Of a DNA stretch of 64,000 nucleotides, positions 21,889 through 34,942 are shown piece by piece (positions within the stretch are counted from its first letter, which is position 1; every line of letters begins with the position of its first letter). Made by a program: the position numbers and the translations under genes. The stretch covers positions 67,558,788 to 67,622,787 of the forward strand of contig CM120640.1 of the NCBI GenBank assembly GCA_051362555.1, in the 5' to 3' direction. The notes beneath the pieces are model-generated. The model worked only from the letters and a program-made list of their open reading frames with translations, was not told the DNA's origin and ran no database searches. The DNA is from Lingula anatina (lineage: Eukaryota > Animalia > Brachiopoda).

Positions 21889-24337
21889 TTGTTTATTTTC
21901 CTTAATAACTTTTTTCTCAAACGCTTGCATTTGTGATATTTAACCGCCTGAAGCTCTGCACATTTTCTGTATTTCCACATAAGCAGTTGTATGTTATTTA
22001 TGTTTTCAAACATTATGTAATATTATTTTATGCACTGTCATCATTTTTCAAATATTGAGACTTTCATCATGTGACTTTGGTCTCTCATGGTCCTGATACT
22101 GTAATCTTATTGAAGGGATGGATTGAGACCATCTTCTGGGTCAGCTTCCGGAAGACGTTCGGATTTTTAAGTTTATATTGACTGATATTTATTTTTTTTT
22201 CTGTTGGAAGATCATCAAAATAGAGGATGGATCAACAAAGATACTTTGGAATACTGTCAGAAAATATCTCTGGGTCAGCTCCTGTTATTGACCATGTTAC
22301 CTGTTGTGCATGATTAAAATTCAGTGTTGACTAACAGTGCTATTATAAGCATTATTTATTATTGCATCAAAATTGGCAAAATGACCTATTTTGCATCATT
22401 ATTTTCTGTTTTTTGTCTGTACATTTGACAGCTTTGCTGCCTTGTTGTTTTTGTTCTTCTATTGATATAATAAAATGGTTTTACTCACAGATGCTACTTT
22501 CATGAGTATAGAGTATAGAGTGCTTGAGTATAGAGTTGACTTAAAAGATATTTTAAGTTAATATAGTAAATAATAGTTTGAAATTCAATATTCTCATCTT
22601 TATTTGTTTCACTTTAAAGAGCTCAGTGAATACTAAAATTTCTGATATATTTTGTACATAAATATATTTCTGAATGAATAAAAATTATTCTTAATGTATA
22701 GCACTGTGCACTTGTTTACCGACAAATATGAACAGTGTTAGTACGTGTCAAATAATCCTGAAAAAAAGGGAAATTTCCAAGATAAAGAAATTTATAACGA
22801 GTATTCAGTAAACTGACGTGTCGTGGCATTGCCTCAACCTTGGATTAAAATTTTAATTAAATGCATTATAATATTAAAATTATACCGAGTGAGAGAAAAA
22901 ATACTTTAAGAAATTTAAAACCAGACACAAAGCGTAGGCACTGTCACAATGTATATGTTTATGGGACCCAAGGGCAGGAGGGTCCAAACGTTAATGTATT
23001 AATATTATGTCCTTTGGCAGTGAGGACAGACGTTCACTTGAACGTCATTTTCACAAACCACAGTTGGGACGTTTTCTTTTGACTTCTCCTTGGTGATTTT
23101 TCACCGGGTTGTGCCATAAAAAAGCCATCTATCACCGACTAAAAAAAGCTCATGGCGACCATCCTCAGTCACCACCTTATAATCGCTTTCTATGATATCG
23201 TTCCCTTCCAGCACATCGTCCAAATAATTACCTGTGAAAAAAATCGTCAGCATCATACAGCGGCGCTTTGACATTACTGATCTCGAATTCTAACGCGAAA
23301 TAACGCATATGAAATTTATCTCCAAGCTGAGGAGAGCGACGCAGACGAAACCTTGAGACCGGAGGCCCGTCCCCGTAGCTAGCTCCGCCCACCGTTACAG
23401 ACATCGGACAATAGAAAGGCTTGCGTGTAATCTCCTTCTGTTATAACTCCTTGTTTTTACTAAGCTCTGGCGAACAGCGGCCATGTTAGGCTTCCGTCAA
23501 TCAAATAGAGCTGCTCCGCAGTGAATATGCAGTTGAATGTCATCAGGCCAAAATGAAACGTAAAACATATTTAATTCTCCTTTATTTAATTTTATTTGCT
23601 GTATTTAAGATGTAAAGTGAAAAAATAAATAATATTCTTCGAAAGGAAAAAACATATCCAATGTTTTTGTATTTTTTGCTTATCAAAGAACATTTAGTCC
23701 TGAGATATACACGTGCACAATACACGTGCTTGCCGTGTGCCAAATTTGACAGCTACACTGTATGCCCGATACCACTATATAAAGGCTGCGCAATGGCTAC
23801 ACGAAAATCAGTTTTTACAGCAGAATGTTGCTTGTATTGTGGCACTGACCTTCGACTGCAAGATACATGTATTTTCAATTCAATCTTCTAACTCCGCGTC
23901 AGGCACTTTAATTGCTTCTTGTCTCGTCTGCACGAGATAACTTCAGCGCAAGGCGGGAAAGGCAGCTCCAGGCGGCCAGACCTGTGACGTACGAGACTTA
24001 TGACTCCCAAATATGGATCCAGGCGGACACAGCTGTGACGTGTGACTTCCAAATATGGAAGCGCCCCAGGCAGAATTTTGAAGAAGAATGCCCCCGAGTT
24101 AGCACACGAACAATATGTGGGGCTTCGATTTGAAACCTGCCAGCTTTTGTGTTTTTAATCTCCAAATACTTTAAAAAATCTATAAAGCTTATAAATAGGC
24201 CATCTATAAGAACATATTATATCATATCTTTTATATCAATTATTATTACATATCACAATAATAAACGAGTCGCCTTTTGATGTACGCCCGGCTATAAACT
24301 ACAGTGGCCCACAAGTGCACTCCAAATTCCAAACGAC

Positions 24338-24648
24338 ACTCCCAATTCTAAACCTCACTCCGAATATTTAAACTTCACTCTCAATTCTTAAACCTCACTC
24401 CGAATATTTAAACTTCACTCTCAATTCTTAAACCTCACTCCGAATATTTAAACTTCACTCTCAATTCTTAAACCTCACTCCGAATTCGTAAACCCCACTC
24501 CGAATTCGCAAACCTCACTCCGAATTCGTAAACCCCACTCCGAATTCGTAAACCTCACTCCGAATTGAAAAAGCTCACTCCGAATTCGTAAACCTCACTC
24601 CGAATTGAAAAAGCTCACTCCGAATTCGTAAACCTCACTCCGAATTCA
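24338..24648 (+). repeat. 20-bp minisatellite (cactccgaattcgtaaacct variants), about 15 units; inverted set at about 26000-26110
   Basis: Direct reading; units are contiguous with no spacers. Confidence 0.9.
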
Positions 24649-25351
24649 TATATTAACCCCGTTCACTGCCGTATAAAGTCGGAAGTAATATTCTAAGATG
24701 GGCTAGGGGATTTTGCCAATAGAGGGCTTCGTGTGAAAACTAGTTATTTTTCATACTACTTGGTGCGCTGTATTCCCATTCACAAAATGATGACGTAGAC
24801 GTATGACCCTTTTAAGCTCAAGGAAATAGAAGAAATGAAGAAAATAGGGATAAACATACATGTACTTAACAGCAAGTCACAATTAAAATATATTATGTTT
24901 ACATGTTTTCTTGTGTGTGTCGTTTTAAGGAATTATACATGTATTATGAATATGAGAACAGAATTACGAGTTGAAACAGCGTTGGAAGGTACAGATTTAT
25001 GCACTACATGTACATGTATGTAAATAAACGTGCGTTATTTATTATTTACAACTTCAAGCATTTTCACATGATTATTTTGAAATGAATGTTTAATACAGAT
25101 AACATGTTTCAGGGTGTCGACATTGGCTTATATTATTTATAAATGGGCAAAACAATCCGTATTATCATATACTGTAGGCCTACACATGTACTATCAGTAC
25201 CTGTTATATAACCGAGTATACTTGATAATAGTAATTAGTAGCCCCTCACTCTTTTGCAGCTGAAATATTCATCTAAGATCATAGATAATCTAATAATTGA
25301 AATAAATCAGATTAATTACACTTTATTAATCGATTTCGAATGAATAACATG

Positions 25352-25601
25352 CAGTGGTGGATGGGGGGGGGGGGGGGGAGGCGTGTGAGGGGGGTCTTGA
25401 CCCCCCTTATGAATTCTGTAAAAAAAAATACACCAATGTTAAAATTAGAATTTTGAATAATAGTTCTAAAACGTACCAAATAGCACTGTTCGCCCTATAA
25501 GGGGGGGGGGGCAGCTCTGCATGTGCAGCCTGTCATTCCAAAAAAAAAAAAAAAAAAAAAAAAAACAGATCCCCCTTCAAATAATCCTGGATCCACCCCT
25601 G
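25352..25601. mobile_element. Small MITE with G/C homopolymer tracts
   Basis: Ends cagtggtggat...atccacccctg, flanked on both sides by acatg. Confidence 0.5.
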
Positions 25602-28600
25602 ACATGTATGGATTATTAGTAGTATCAATCCTATGTTGAGAAAATTGGGAGCAGTGTCACTTAATTTGTCCTTTTATTTATAATGGTAAACCTGTAAATT
25701 GCTTCTTGCCCCCAATTTGTGTCCCTGGCGAGAGAGAGTGTGTGTATGTGTGTGTGTGTAATTGTGAAAAATGCTGAAAATAGCTGGAGAAGTCAATTGA
25801 CCTTGTGACGTAAACTGTTGGTTTATTTTCGTAAGGTATGTATCACGCAAACCAAAATGTAACACAATTCGCACTGTTTGCTAAAACTCTCTCGAACCTT
25901 TCACTGGAAGCGCCCAGCTAAAAAAAAATTATTTGTCCCAGACGAATTACTGTTTCATAAGATTTCTCGAAGAGAACTTTGATGAGAATGGGCATAGTGG
26001 AATTGGGAGTGAGCTTTTTGAATTCGGAGTGAGGTTTACGAATTCGGAGTGAGGTTTACGAATTCGGAGTGAAGTTTAAGTATTCGGTGTGAGGTTTAGA
26101 ATTGGGAGTGTCGTTTGGAATTTGGAGTGCACTTGTGGGCCACCGCAATAAACTCTATTAAGAAAAATCCATTTTTACGAGATTACAAATTGTATCGTAT
26201 TTGTATAAATAAAAGTAAACATAAAATGCAAAACATTGTTGACATTGTTGCGCAATGCAATGACAGATTATCAGGGGGCCTTTCCTTTCGGTTGATTACA
26301 CTGACATGAAAAATATTTACATACTTTAAATGATGCAATGCAACATGTACATCAATATTGCATGAGCATAAAAAGTCGAATTAAGTCACCATGATTTGAG
26401 AAACCTGTTTAGTATATTTTTAATCTATGTCTAGAGAAGTGCTTGATTGAAGACTCACAATTGATATGTGCTGTGCGTAATAATTGTGTGTGGGTATGTA
26501 CATAAAAGACCCTAGATGCGTTTTACTAAACCGTTTGAAATTTTGTTTAGGAGAATCCACAACTGGTGGTCACAATTTAAAAAATGTGCAACCTACAAGA
26601 GCTAAATATTTTGTTGATAAAGGACAGCCATCTGTTTCTGCATATCAGACCATCTGTGAGAGGTGCACCATGCAAAACTTGATATTTCTAGCAAACTTTT
26701 CCATTTAGCCTATAAAAATATGAGAAAGAAAAAGTGTTTTCATTACTTCTTGTGCTTCTGCTCACAATTTTAAATAAATAAAATACCTATCCTAGTTGTG
26801 TGCAAGCTATCAGGATAACAACTTCAAAACAACAAATGAACACTGCACATTGACTTTGGACACAGATTTTCATAACAATCCCCGCTAGGCCACCTGACAT
26901 TGTTACATGTACAAGTGAGCAAAAATTTTGCAAGGGATGAGAAAATTTAGTCACTTGCAATTAACATGCATGGCAGAATGATTCTTGATTTCTACAGAAA
27001 TATGATAAACATTTGGAATAAAGAACAAATAAAAAAACTTGGCAGATCGATTCTCTTCAAAAAATTATTTAAAGAGGAAAGTTAGCAAAACCAGTAAAAT
27101 TCAGAACCCAATGATCATTTTTTCAAAATTCCTGAGAATGAGAACTTTCTTTCAGTGTTATATTTTCAGTTCTGAGTGCCGCTTCAAACAAATCCAATTA
27201 AATAACTCCTGTCATGCACTGAGTTTCACTCTCCTGATGTTAAGATCCTGTCTCCTCAGCTGGTAACAAAGAAATAAGAATTTTTTGCGCCTTCTACCTT
27301 GTGTGTCATCTACACTGTAGCTGCCTTTTGTACCTGTCATCAAAAGCTTTTCCTTTATATATATATAATCAAGATACACTTGCACCCAATCATTCAGTGT
27401 GGCTTGGTGGGAAAATGTCAGATCGATTTCCTAAATGTAAATTAACAAAAAAGGTAACAATAGTTATTTTTATTCATATTGTAACTTGCAACATAATACA
27501 GTTAGAAAACACAGAGTTTAACATTTTTCAAATTCATTTCATTAGTTTATATGTCAATTAAATGATACCTGAGCTAGAATATATACTTACAAAATAGATT
27601 TACTCTTAACACTACACCAAATCTAAAATCCAGCCACTAACTTACAATTACACTTAACAAAGGTAATTGATTTAATTGGCCCAGCTGAGCTGTGTACAAA
27701 TGTACTGTAGCCTTGACACTAATTGACAATAGGGACAGTCGGTCATCCGGGCACTTTACCTTAGTAACCGGCATCTGGGGTAAAACAAATCGGGCAACAT
27801 GGCGGATCGCATTGACTTCTATGTAAAAGTTGGCAGGCTTTATCCGAAGATATCATAATTCACAGTGCCTGACCACTTGTGTCAGTGAGGATGAGTTATT
27901 TACCTGGTTGATTTCCTTTACAGGCTTTTGTAATTAGCTGCTGCACACCTGGTTAAGAGATAAAATCGGCCTTAACTGCCGATCGTTATCTGTGATCAGG
28001 AATCTTACAGTAGTAGATTGCAAAGACTCATTTGCTTACCTGGATGAGCATAATATTCACATCTCATTGAAAAGAAAACCATATGGAAGCAACTGATATT
28101 ATCAAGGGAGGTTTCAATTGTACTAATAACTGTTGACGTTGCATATTGCTGACACATATGACGGGTACATTTTGCAGGTCTACTGAAGTGAACCGGTACT
28201 TTTTAACTCTCAGGCACGTACAAAAGTTAAATGGTGGAAGCTTGCTGTGTACCAGGTGACACTACCAACACATTAATAAAATCTAATGGGATTTGTTAAA
28301 TTTCAAAGATCAACGGAAAAGTAAACGACTGTTGCAGGCTATAGGTCGTGCAAACGTGACTAAAGACGAGATTGTTGATCGAAACAAGATTTGGTCGTAG
28401 CTATACATGCACTACAAGATTTGTGTATGTGTGTATAGTTCATTTTATTATAGATAAGGAGAAAGTCATTGTACCTTGTTTGGTATTTATGTTTTTCATT
28501 TGTTACAGAAATTAATTAGTACATGTAGTAGTTACAAGAAATTGAGATTGCATCTTGTTTTGGCATGTGTGACGGTATATCAATTCGTATAGTTAAAATT

Positions 28601-31600
28601 AATGGGCTATAATGTCAAACTTTTTTGTTGTAAGTTATTGATGGCGTCATAAAGGTAAGAAAAAATATGTACGTCAACATACTGTATTGACAAACCTGTG
28701 AGGTAATGTCTTAATCTTTAAGTTATCAAAGTAAAATTTTTAAAAAGTTGCCATAGATAAAGCGACCTTAACTGTTAAAATAACATACAGCTTTATTGCC
28801 GTGTTTGTTATTCAATTTAATTTTAATCTTGCACGTTTTGAAACTTAACGTTCTCTCTTCCATGATATTTCGCCCGAAAAGTGCACAATAAGATTGTAAA
28901 CACTCATATGACGCGTAGCTTCCAATATTAATACAGGTAACACAACGTGTCTTCTCTTCCAAAAAGTAGGCAAGCAACTGTTTATGCTGTCCTTCCAGGC
29001 TTGCATTAATATACATATGAACTGTATACAGACCAAAGAGGCCATGGGACCGATGACATTGCCCCTATCCCGTTCCCCAGGCTATTGCAGCAGCAGGTGA
29101 TTAAATCACAATTTGTAGAAATCTTATTCTAATAACATCTCAGTGTTGCACATTTCCCAGGCCTTTCTTACGATCCACGTTCTAAGAAGCCATTCCTATT
29201 TCACTACCAGTACCTCATGTACATGTACAGGTACTTATTGTGGACATTTGCGTATGCAATTAAGACCAATTTTATCCCGTAACAAGTTAAACAGTAGCTT
29301 ATTACAAAGGCCTGCTAACTCAATAGTCCAGGTAAATGATTCAACGCGCCAGACACAAAAGGTCAAGCACTGCCTTTGCAAAATATCTTCTGCTGTAAAA
29401 TTCCCGATCACAGATAACGATCGGCAGTTATATTAAGGACGATTTTATCTCTTAACCAGGTGTGCAGCGGCTAATTACAAAAGCCTGTAAAGGAAATCAA
29501 CCAGGTAAATAACTCATCCTCACTGACACAAGTGGTCAAGCACTGTGAAGAATGATATCTTCGGACAAAGTCTGCCAACTTTTACATAGAAGTCAATGCG
29601 ATCCGCCATGTTGCCCGATTTGTTTTAACCCAGATGCCGGTGTCACGTGTACGGTCCGTTCTGCGTGAACCATCCGTCCTGACCGATTGTACACGCAGCA
29701 GTCGCGTGTATGAACCGTTCCGTGAATGATCCGTTGTTATTCACCTACACTGTTATACTTGGCTAGTGCATTGATTTGGCCTGTTCGTTTCCTACCTCAT
29801 TATATATTTACTATAATGGGGATATTTCTAGGTAAAATTCATGTGTTGATACAGAGTTTGTAATTGATAATTTTGATAGAAAATTACTTCGACGCATTGC
29901 ATGGATGAACCTACCGTGGACAGGCCGTCGTTATTCAGTTGTTGGCCTACTACATGTTTTATTGGGTTTTATTGTGTTGATTTTTACTAGGCTAGTGTGT
30001 TGATATATAGCCACCTGAAGGAAATTGCAGTAGAAGTACATTGTAAACAATAGATATTTGCTATACATCTTGCATGAACAACTATAAGATATGAAAAGGC
30101 CTATTTCTAAAAATTATGTTTGAATTTGCAGTTTGTTCTTAACAGTGTATATTTATTATACTTAAAAATAATGTTTATTAAAGTAATGTACTTAATATTG
30201 TATGTGACAAAGTCTGGGATCATGATATCCTGCTCGTTCATCATGGGGTGTGTTTGCCCTTGTAGACCATTATAGATTGAGGAAATTGAAACTGAATATC
30301 TGAATGTTAGTAGGCACATCAACAGGGACATGTGCATGTCCTGCTTTGGAATTTTACTGTGACTGGGAGGTGGGCTGCTCCTGCGAGTTGATGATTCCAA
30401 TTTTTGGCATCAATATGTTTAGACTCGCGTATCAAGGAAGATTTTTTGTTTTATATTTATAATCAATAGTCAAGATCCATCCTGTGTATCCTTGGAGTTG
30501 TGGTCCCTGGCCATTGTTGCACAGAGATTTGCTTTTGTTTTGATTATTATTTTATACGAAATATATTATAGGTAAGTGAATTTTTATAAATATTACTTAA
30601 CATTTTATCTATAATAAAAGGAACAACAACACTAGGACTGACACTATGATCCTTGGGGTGGTGCTGTCCTTGGCAGGTGGATACATACTTTTTTTTCACA
30701 AAAATTGTCACATTTTTTTTTTTAATAACCATGCATGAAAGAAGATTTCTGCCTTTTAATTTTCATTTGTGTATAGATCTAGGTATGTTTGTTATCTTTT
30801 ATTGTCTGGACAATTTTGGTCACAATTTTTGATGAATATTTGTAATTTTTTGTTGGGTGATTGGGTTTGCTAAGGAAGAAGCAGCGCTTAATAATGGTCA
30901 GACTCGGATATATGCCTTCACAGTAATTGCTGTAATAACTTGAACATCACGAACAAATAATTCATCCCCCCCCCCCATTTTTTTTCCATAATTAATTTTA
31001 TAAAATTAGTTTTGTTTTCTTTTTCCATAAAGGATGAGGTGCTGATAAGAGGGTAAAAGTGCCCACCTTTGTACATGAAAATAAATTGTGAATCTGATTT
31101 TTTTTTTTTTTTTTTTGAAATATCAAAAATTAATGCAAAATATGGATGAGCAGTGGAGTCTAAATACAGTTAGTGTAATCTATTTCTATTCTCATTTCTT
31201 AGGATAAGTAAAGGTAAAATGTTTTTCAGATATCCAAATTTATATTAATTTTGTTAACAGCAGGCATACATTGTGGTGGCCCCTACTTTATATAGAGACT
31301 CATGCTATAGAGACCCTTTGCACATAGGGTAGGCTTGACCCACCCCACTCCTAATGGGGATTAAAGTACATATTCTACAACTAAAATTTTTGTGTAAATA
31401 CCCCTTTTACATCTTTTTAGCATGAAAAGTAAAAAAAGGCTCTATCACACACACCCGGCCTAGTTTTGTTACATGTACTTGTGACTTAAACTTCAACACC
31501 AGCACTATTTGTAATAGCACTGTATTTTTTTTAGGCCAAAATGCAATGAATGGCTTCTGATGTCAAGGACATCAGTGAAAACCTATTGGCTTGGTAAATA

Positions 31601-31630
31601 GTGAGAGACCACTAGCATCTGCTAGGTGTC

Positions 31631-31859
31631 CAGTTTGAAATCAGCATATGCAAAGATGCACCTGATTGAATCAGAGCCAAAATACAGTCAAGGCACACAT
31701 CTAGCCACCAGTACAGCCCATGGATTCAGACCTCCAGTAGCAAAAACTAGACCCATCAGTGGCTGGTACTGTCAGTGTAAAGTAGGTTTCTAGACAGTTG
31801 GAAGTTGTGCATATATCACTTCAGTCCTGAGGTATATAGGGTTTGCCAAAAGGCAGTGA
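31631..31859 (+). pseudogene. Decayed SWIM-zinc-finger fragment resembling a transposase C-terminus
   Basis: Manual translation: PD*IRAKIQSRHTSSHQYSPWIQ, frameshift, GWYCQCKVGF*TVGSCAYITSVLRYIGFAK (decayed CxC...CxH SWIM pattern). Contains stops and a frameshift. Confidence 0.6.
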
Positions 31860-32752
31860 GACAATTAAAAATTAAGTTGTGGAGAAGGTTGTTTAGATGC
31901 CTCATATTTACCAACATCAAGTGTTGACAGAATTAGTGAGAACGAAGTGTTTTGGACAGCACATCCGATTGATTTTCTAATATTTCTTATACATTTTTTA
32001 TTCTCTTATTTGTATATTTTGTATAATGTAACTATTGCAGTGCGTTCTTTACAAGGTCAATATCATATATACTCATATGAAGTACTTTTTTTGATGAATA
32101 AATTTCACTGTCATACAGATTATTAGCTATAACTGCTACGATGTATACATATATGTTTCCATTCAGTTTGTACTTTTACCTTATCATTATTTTCAGAGAA
32201 TTGATACCTTATTCATTTAATGGTTATTGGAAACATTCCATATAGCTATTTAGAAAGCTTTTACAAATGATTTTTTTTGTTACTGTAACATCCTTTTGCT
32301 TTCAGCATTTATTCTTCTTTATAGAGCCTTTTACAAAATGTATACTGGTTATCAATACAATTATTTAGACCAACAAATGCTGGTCTAGGAGAAAAGTTAC
32401 ATAAAATGAATAAATATGCTAAAACAAGTTGTCTTAGTTACAAGACTTATATTTTATTTATTCTCACCTTACAGTAATAAGTCATGTACATTTAAAATAA
32501 GTGACAATATAGTAGGTCCCTGGGATCCCTGCAAGTGGATGATTATCATTTTTTTCATTAAATCAATACACTTTAGTAGCATGCACTAAATCAAATGTTC
32601 TAATAAAATTTTAAGTTTTTATTTCAGTCTCAGTTTGCATCAAAAACTATTTTAAAAACTATATCAGATTTCAGTACTATCATATAACTATATGTAAATT
32701 GCATTATTTTATGGGTTGAGAAAACTTTAAACCAGTAATACAGATGCAATTT

Positions 32753-33040
32753 TCAGCTAACCTTGTACAGAAATGCACATTGGGCATGTAAACTGGGTTT
32801 TACAAAGTGTTTTTTAGAACATTTGACTTTAGTACAAATGGTATGTAGCCAACTTTGGCAAGTGCTACACTGTATCCATCGATGGTATCCTTTATTTTGG
32901 CAGAATGCTATGTCGCAGGCTTCATCCTCTGACTTTCTTCCACTTTTTCTAATTTTCTGTCTAACATATTCCCTAAACCACTCGCAGTGTGTGTTGTCGA
33001 TACTGTTCAGTCCAGCTCCTTTAAGGATAGCTTCTGCATT
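32753..33040 (-). pseudogene. Ginger terminal exon with PHD finger
   Basis: Acceptor at 33041-33043. NAEAILKG...EACDIAFCQNKGYHRWIQCSTCQSWLHTICTKV..., with FTCPMC after a frameshift, gives C4HC3. Confidence 0.7.
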
Positions 33041-33748
33041 CTGTAAATAAGAGTGAAAAAAGTGTAAGACAGTTAAAATTTCCTTTATACCTGAAAAAGG
33101 TTTTTCAAAGCTTGTAGTTTCTGTTAATTTAACCAGTAATTAAGTAAATAAAGCTACTATTTCCAGGGATACATTTAAAAAAATTATATTCTGATAACTT
33201 GGTAAATGCTACAAGACAAGCTACCAAATGTACAGACTAAATAGGTAACAGGAAAATCAAACTAGTCATCTACAATAAAATGTAAAGGAAAGGTTTGTTT
33301 AATTTTATCTCTTATGCTATACAAGAAGAGGTATTTTCAATCTTTGTTTTGTGAGGGATGCCATGTCTATACATAAGAGAAGTATATTACAAAATAAGCA
33401 CCTGTACTTGTACGACTAAGGTTCAAGTACAAATGCTATTAAACCACTTTGAAACATTTTGAACAGCTTCATTTGTGGATGTAACCAGACGCAACAATTT
33501 AAAGTTTGAATGTTACCAACATTTTTGCAGATGCTCTAATAAACCTTTGACATTACATGACATACATATTGATTATTGATACATTTAATCAATTTACTCT
33601 ATGTAGCACACTGGTGAAGATCAATGCATTGAACAAACACTGACTGAAAACTTGAATGATCCCTTGAAATCCCCAACCCTAATACAGTATATTCCTTTCT
33701 GAGAGAGAAAACAAATTTCTGCTAACTTCAAAGCAATAGATACTATAC

Positions 33749-33860
33749 CTATGAGATCCATCCCAACTAATTCCAGAGGCTCACTGACTGATATGGGCTT
33801 AAGCTCTGGGCTCTGAGTCTTTATCTTACTTTGTCTTTGGCATGCATCACACGCTTCAAT
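33749..33860 (-). pseudogene. Ginger integrase exon (HHCC end and start of catalytic core)
   Basis: IEACDACQRQSKIKTQSPELKPISVSEPLELVGMDLIG, bounded by a cag acceptor and a gtatag donor. Confidence 0.8.
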
Positions 33861-34368
33861 CTGCAAGATAAATTTTTCTGACGTATATCAATTGTGATCC
33901 TTCCTATTATTTTGCAAAAATAATAAAACTACAAGTACACTGAAAACTCCTAAACTACTACAAATTAGTTACTGATGCTACATGGGCACTATCTGAATAG
34001 TTTACAAACACACTGTCTCTGTAGTGAACATAATAAGAAAATGAGAGAACAGTTTCATTATCTCTGTATGTATAAATTAAAATTATTGATATTCTTTTTA
34101 TCAAGAGCTTATAAAATATGTTGGTATTACCTCCAATATATTTCTGTGACTGTCAGTCACCATCATCAGGGAGTAAAAATATAAGAAAACTCTTTAAAGC
34201 AAAAAGCTAATGTTTGAATTTCCATGTGTATTAAGTACAATAAGTTAATATGGCTTATTCTGATCAGAATAGTATCTGATATTACATACATATTAAGAAA
34301 TGTACCTGAAGATCTTTATATAGAAGAGCTTAAAACAAACTGCACCTGTTTTGCTCAGACATACTTAC

Positions 34369-34477
34369 ATATTCTTTTACATCCTGTGTCATCTTGTACC
34401 AGACATATCCTCTACATCCCAAATAACTCTTTGTCTAATGCTTGATTTGTCACCTTTGCCAACATAATAAAGGTCTC
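34369..34477 (-). pseudogene. Ginger exon 2 remnant
   Basis: ttcag|GDLYYVGKGDKSSIRQRVIWD, frame break, MTQDVKEY|gtaagt; joins in phase to IEACDACQ. Confidence 0.6.
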
Positions 34478-34797
34478 CTGAAGAGAAAAAAGTTACTTAT
34501 ATGCATTCCCGTACATCAAATACACATGGAATTTAGAACGTATATTCATTGTTTACTACAAAATATAAAGAATCCTGCAAAGGGATAGAAGCCATTCAAC
34601 CATCTATCTTGGATAATAATGGTTTACCAGCCAGAGTGATATCTAGATATTGTGCCACACATGATGATGCACTGTAAGGGTGAGGTAAGGAGCATATCAT
34701 GAATCAGAATTGACTTAGATGGAAAATATGATTTCTTTGCCAGACATCTGGACTCGTTTTAAAAACCAATCAGATATGCCAAACTACAATTACTGAC

Positions 34798-34942
34798 CTT
34801 CATCATATATAAAACATGAGTCTGTGCTCTTTCTCTTATTTAATTCTTTAGGGTCTTCCAAAAAGTCTCTCGGTCTCCCGTACTGTATGTACCGCTTCAC
34901 TTCCCTCATAAATGTAATAAAGTCGTCATTTTTTGTAGCCAT
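34798..34942 (-). pseudogene. Ginger first coding exon
   Basis: MATKNDDFITFMREVKRYIQYGRPRDF...KRKS..CFIYDEG|gtcagt; phase 1 is compatible with the next exon. Confidence 0.55.

Larger units (their letters stand above)
18166..22446 (+). mobile_element. Helentron-associated non-autonomous element (HINE/DINE-1-like), copy 1
   Basis: 5' atgtacagaca-caga-tgtgtctgtacat (subTIR plus IR), gtcgcc microsatellite, internal tandem repeats, and 3' tgtctgtacat plus short hairpin cagc-ttt-gctg then ccttgtt. Inserted in a T-run without TSD; the empty site is at about 61390-61410. Confidence 0.8.
5811..23453 (+). mobile_element. Non-autonomous P-superfamily-like DNA transposon, copy 1 (core ~3.9 kb plus nested inserts)
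   Basis: 31-bp perfect TIR caaggagttataacagaaggagattacacgc / gcgtgtaatctccttctgttataactccttg. 7-bp TSD tttttac at 5804-5810 and 23454-23460. CANRG-type end. A second copy starts at 58727. No transposase ORF. Confidence 0.85.
24300..26147. mobile_element. Non-autonomous IS3EU-like TIR element with 20-bp subterminal tandem repeats
   Basis: TIR tacagtggcccacaagtgcactccaaattccaaacgacactcccaattctaaacctcac / reverse complement ending gtgggccaccgca. 6-bp TSD ataaac (24294-24299, 26148-26153). TAY-type terminus. The superfamily is inferred from ends only. Confidence 0.75.

Noticed and set aside
24338-24648. Regular short repeats resembling a CRISPR array
   Set aside because: The 20-bp units are contiguous with no unique spacers, are mirrored at the other TIR, have no cas genes nearby and sit in a eukaryotic context.
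26150-27730. Intergenic stretch with several 70-90-aa ORFs
   Set aside because: No domain motifs, consistent splice structure or terminal repeats were recognised.
33621-33866. Integrase fragment as a second Gypsy LTR element or as the missing integrase of the 6550-16040 element
   Set aside because: It is bounded by splice sites, has no RT or LTRs nearby and lies within TGT..ACA TIRs with a 4-bp TSD, which fits Ginger.
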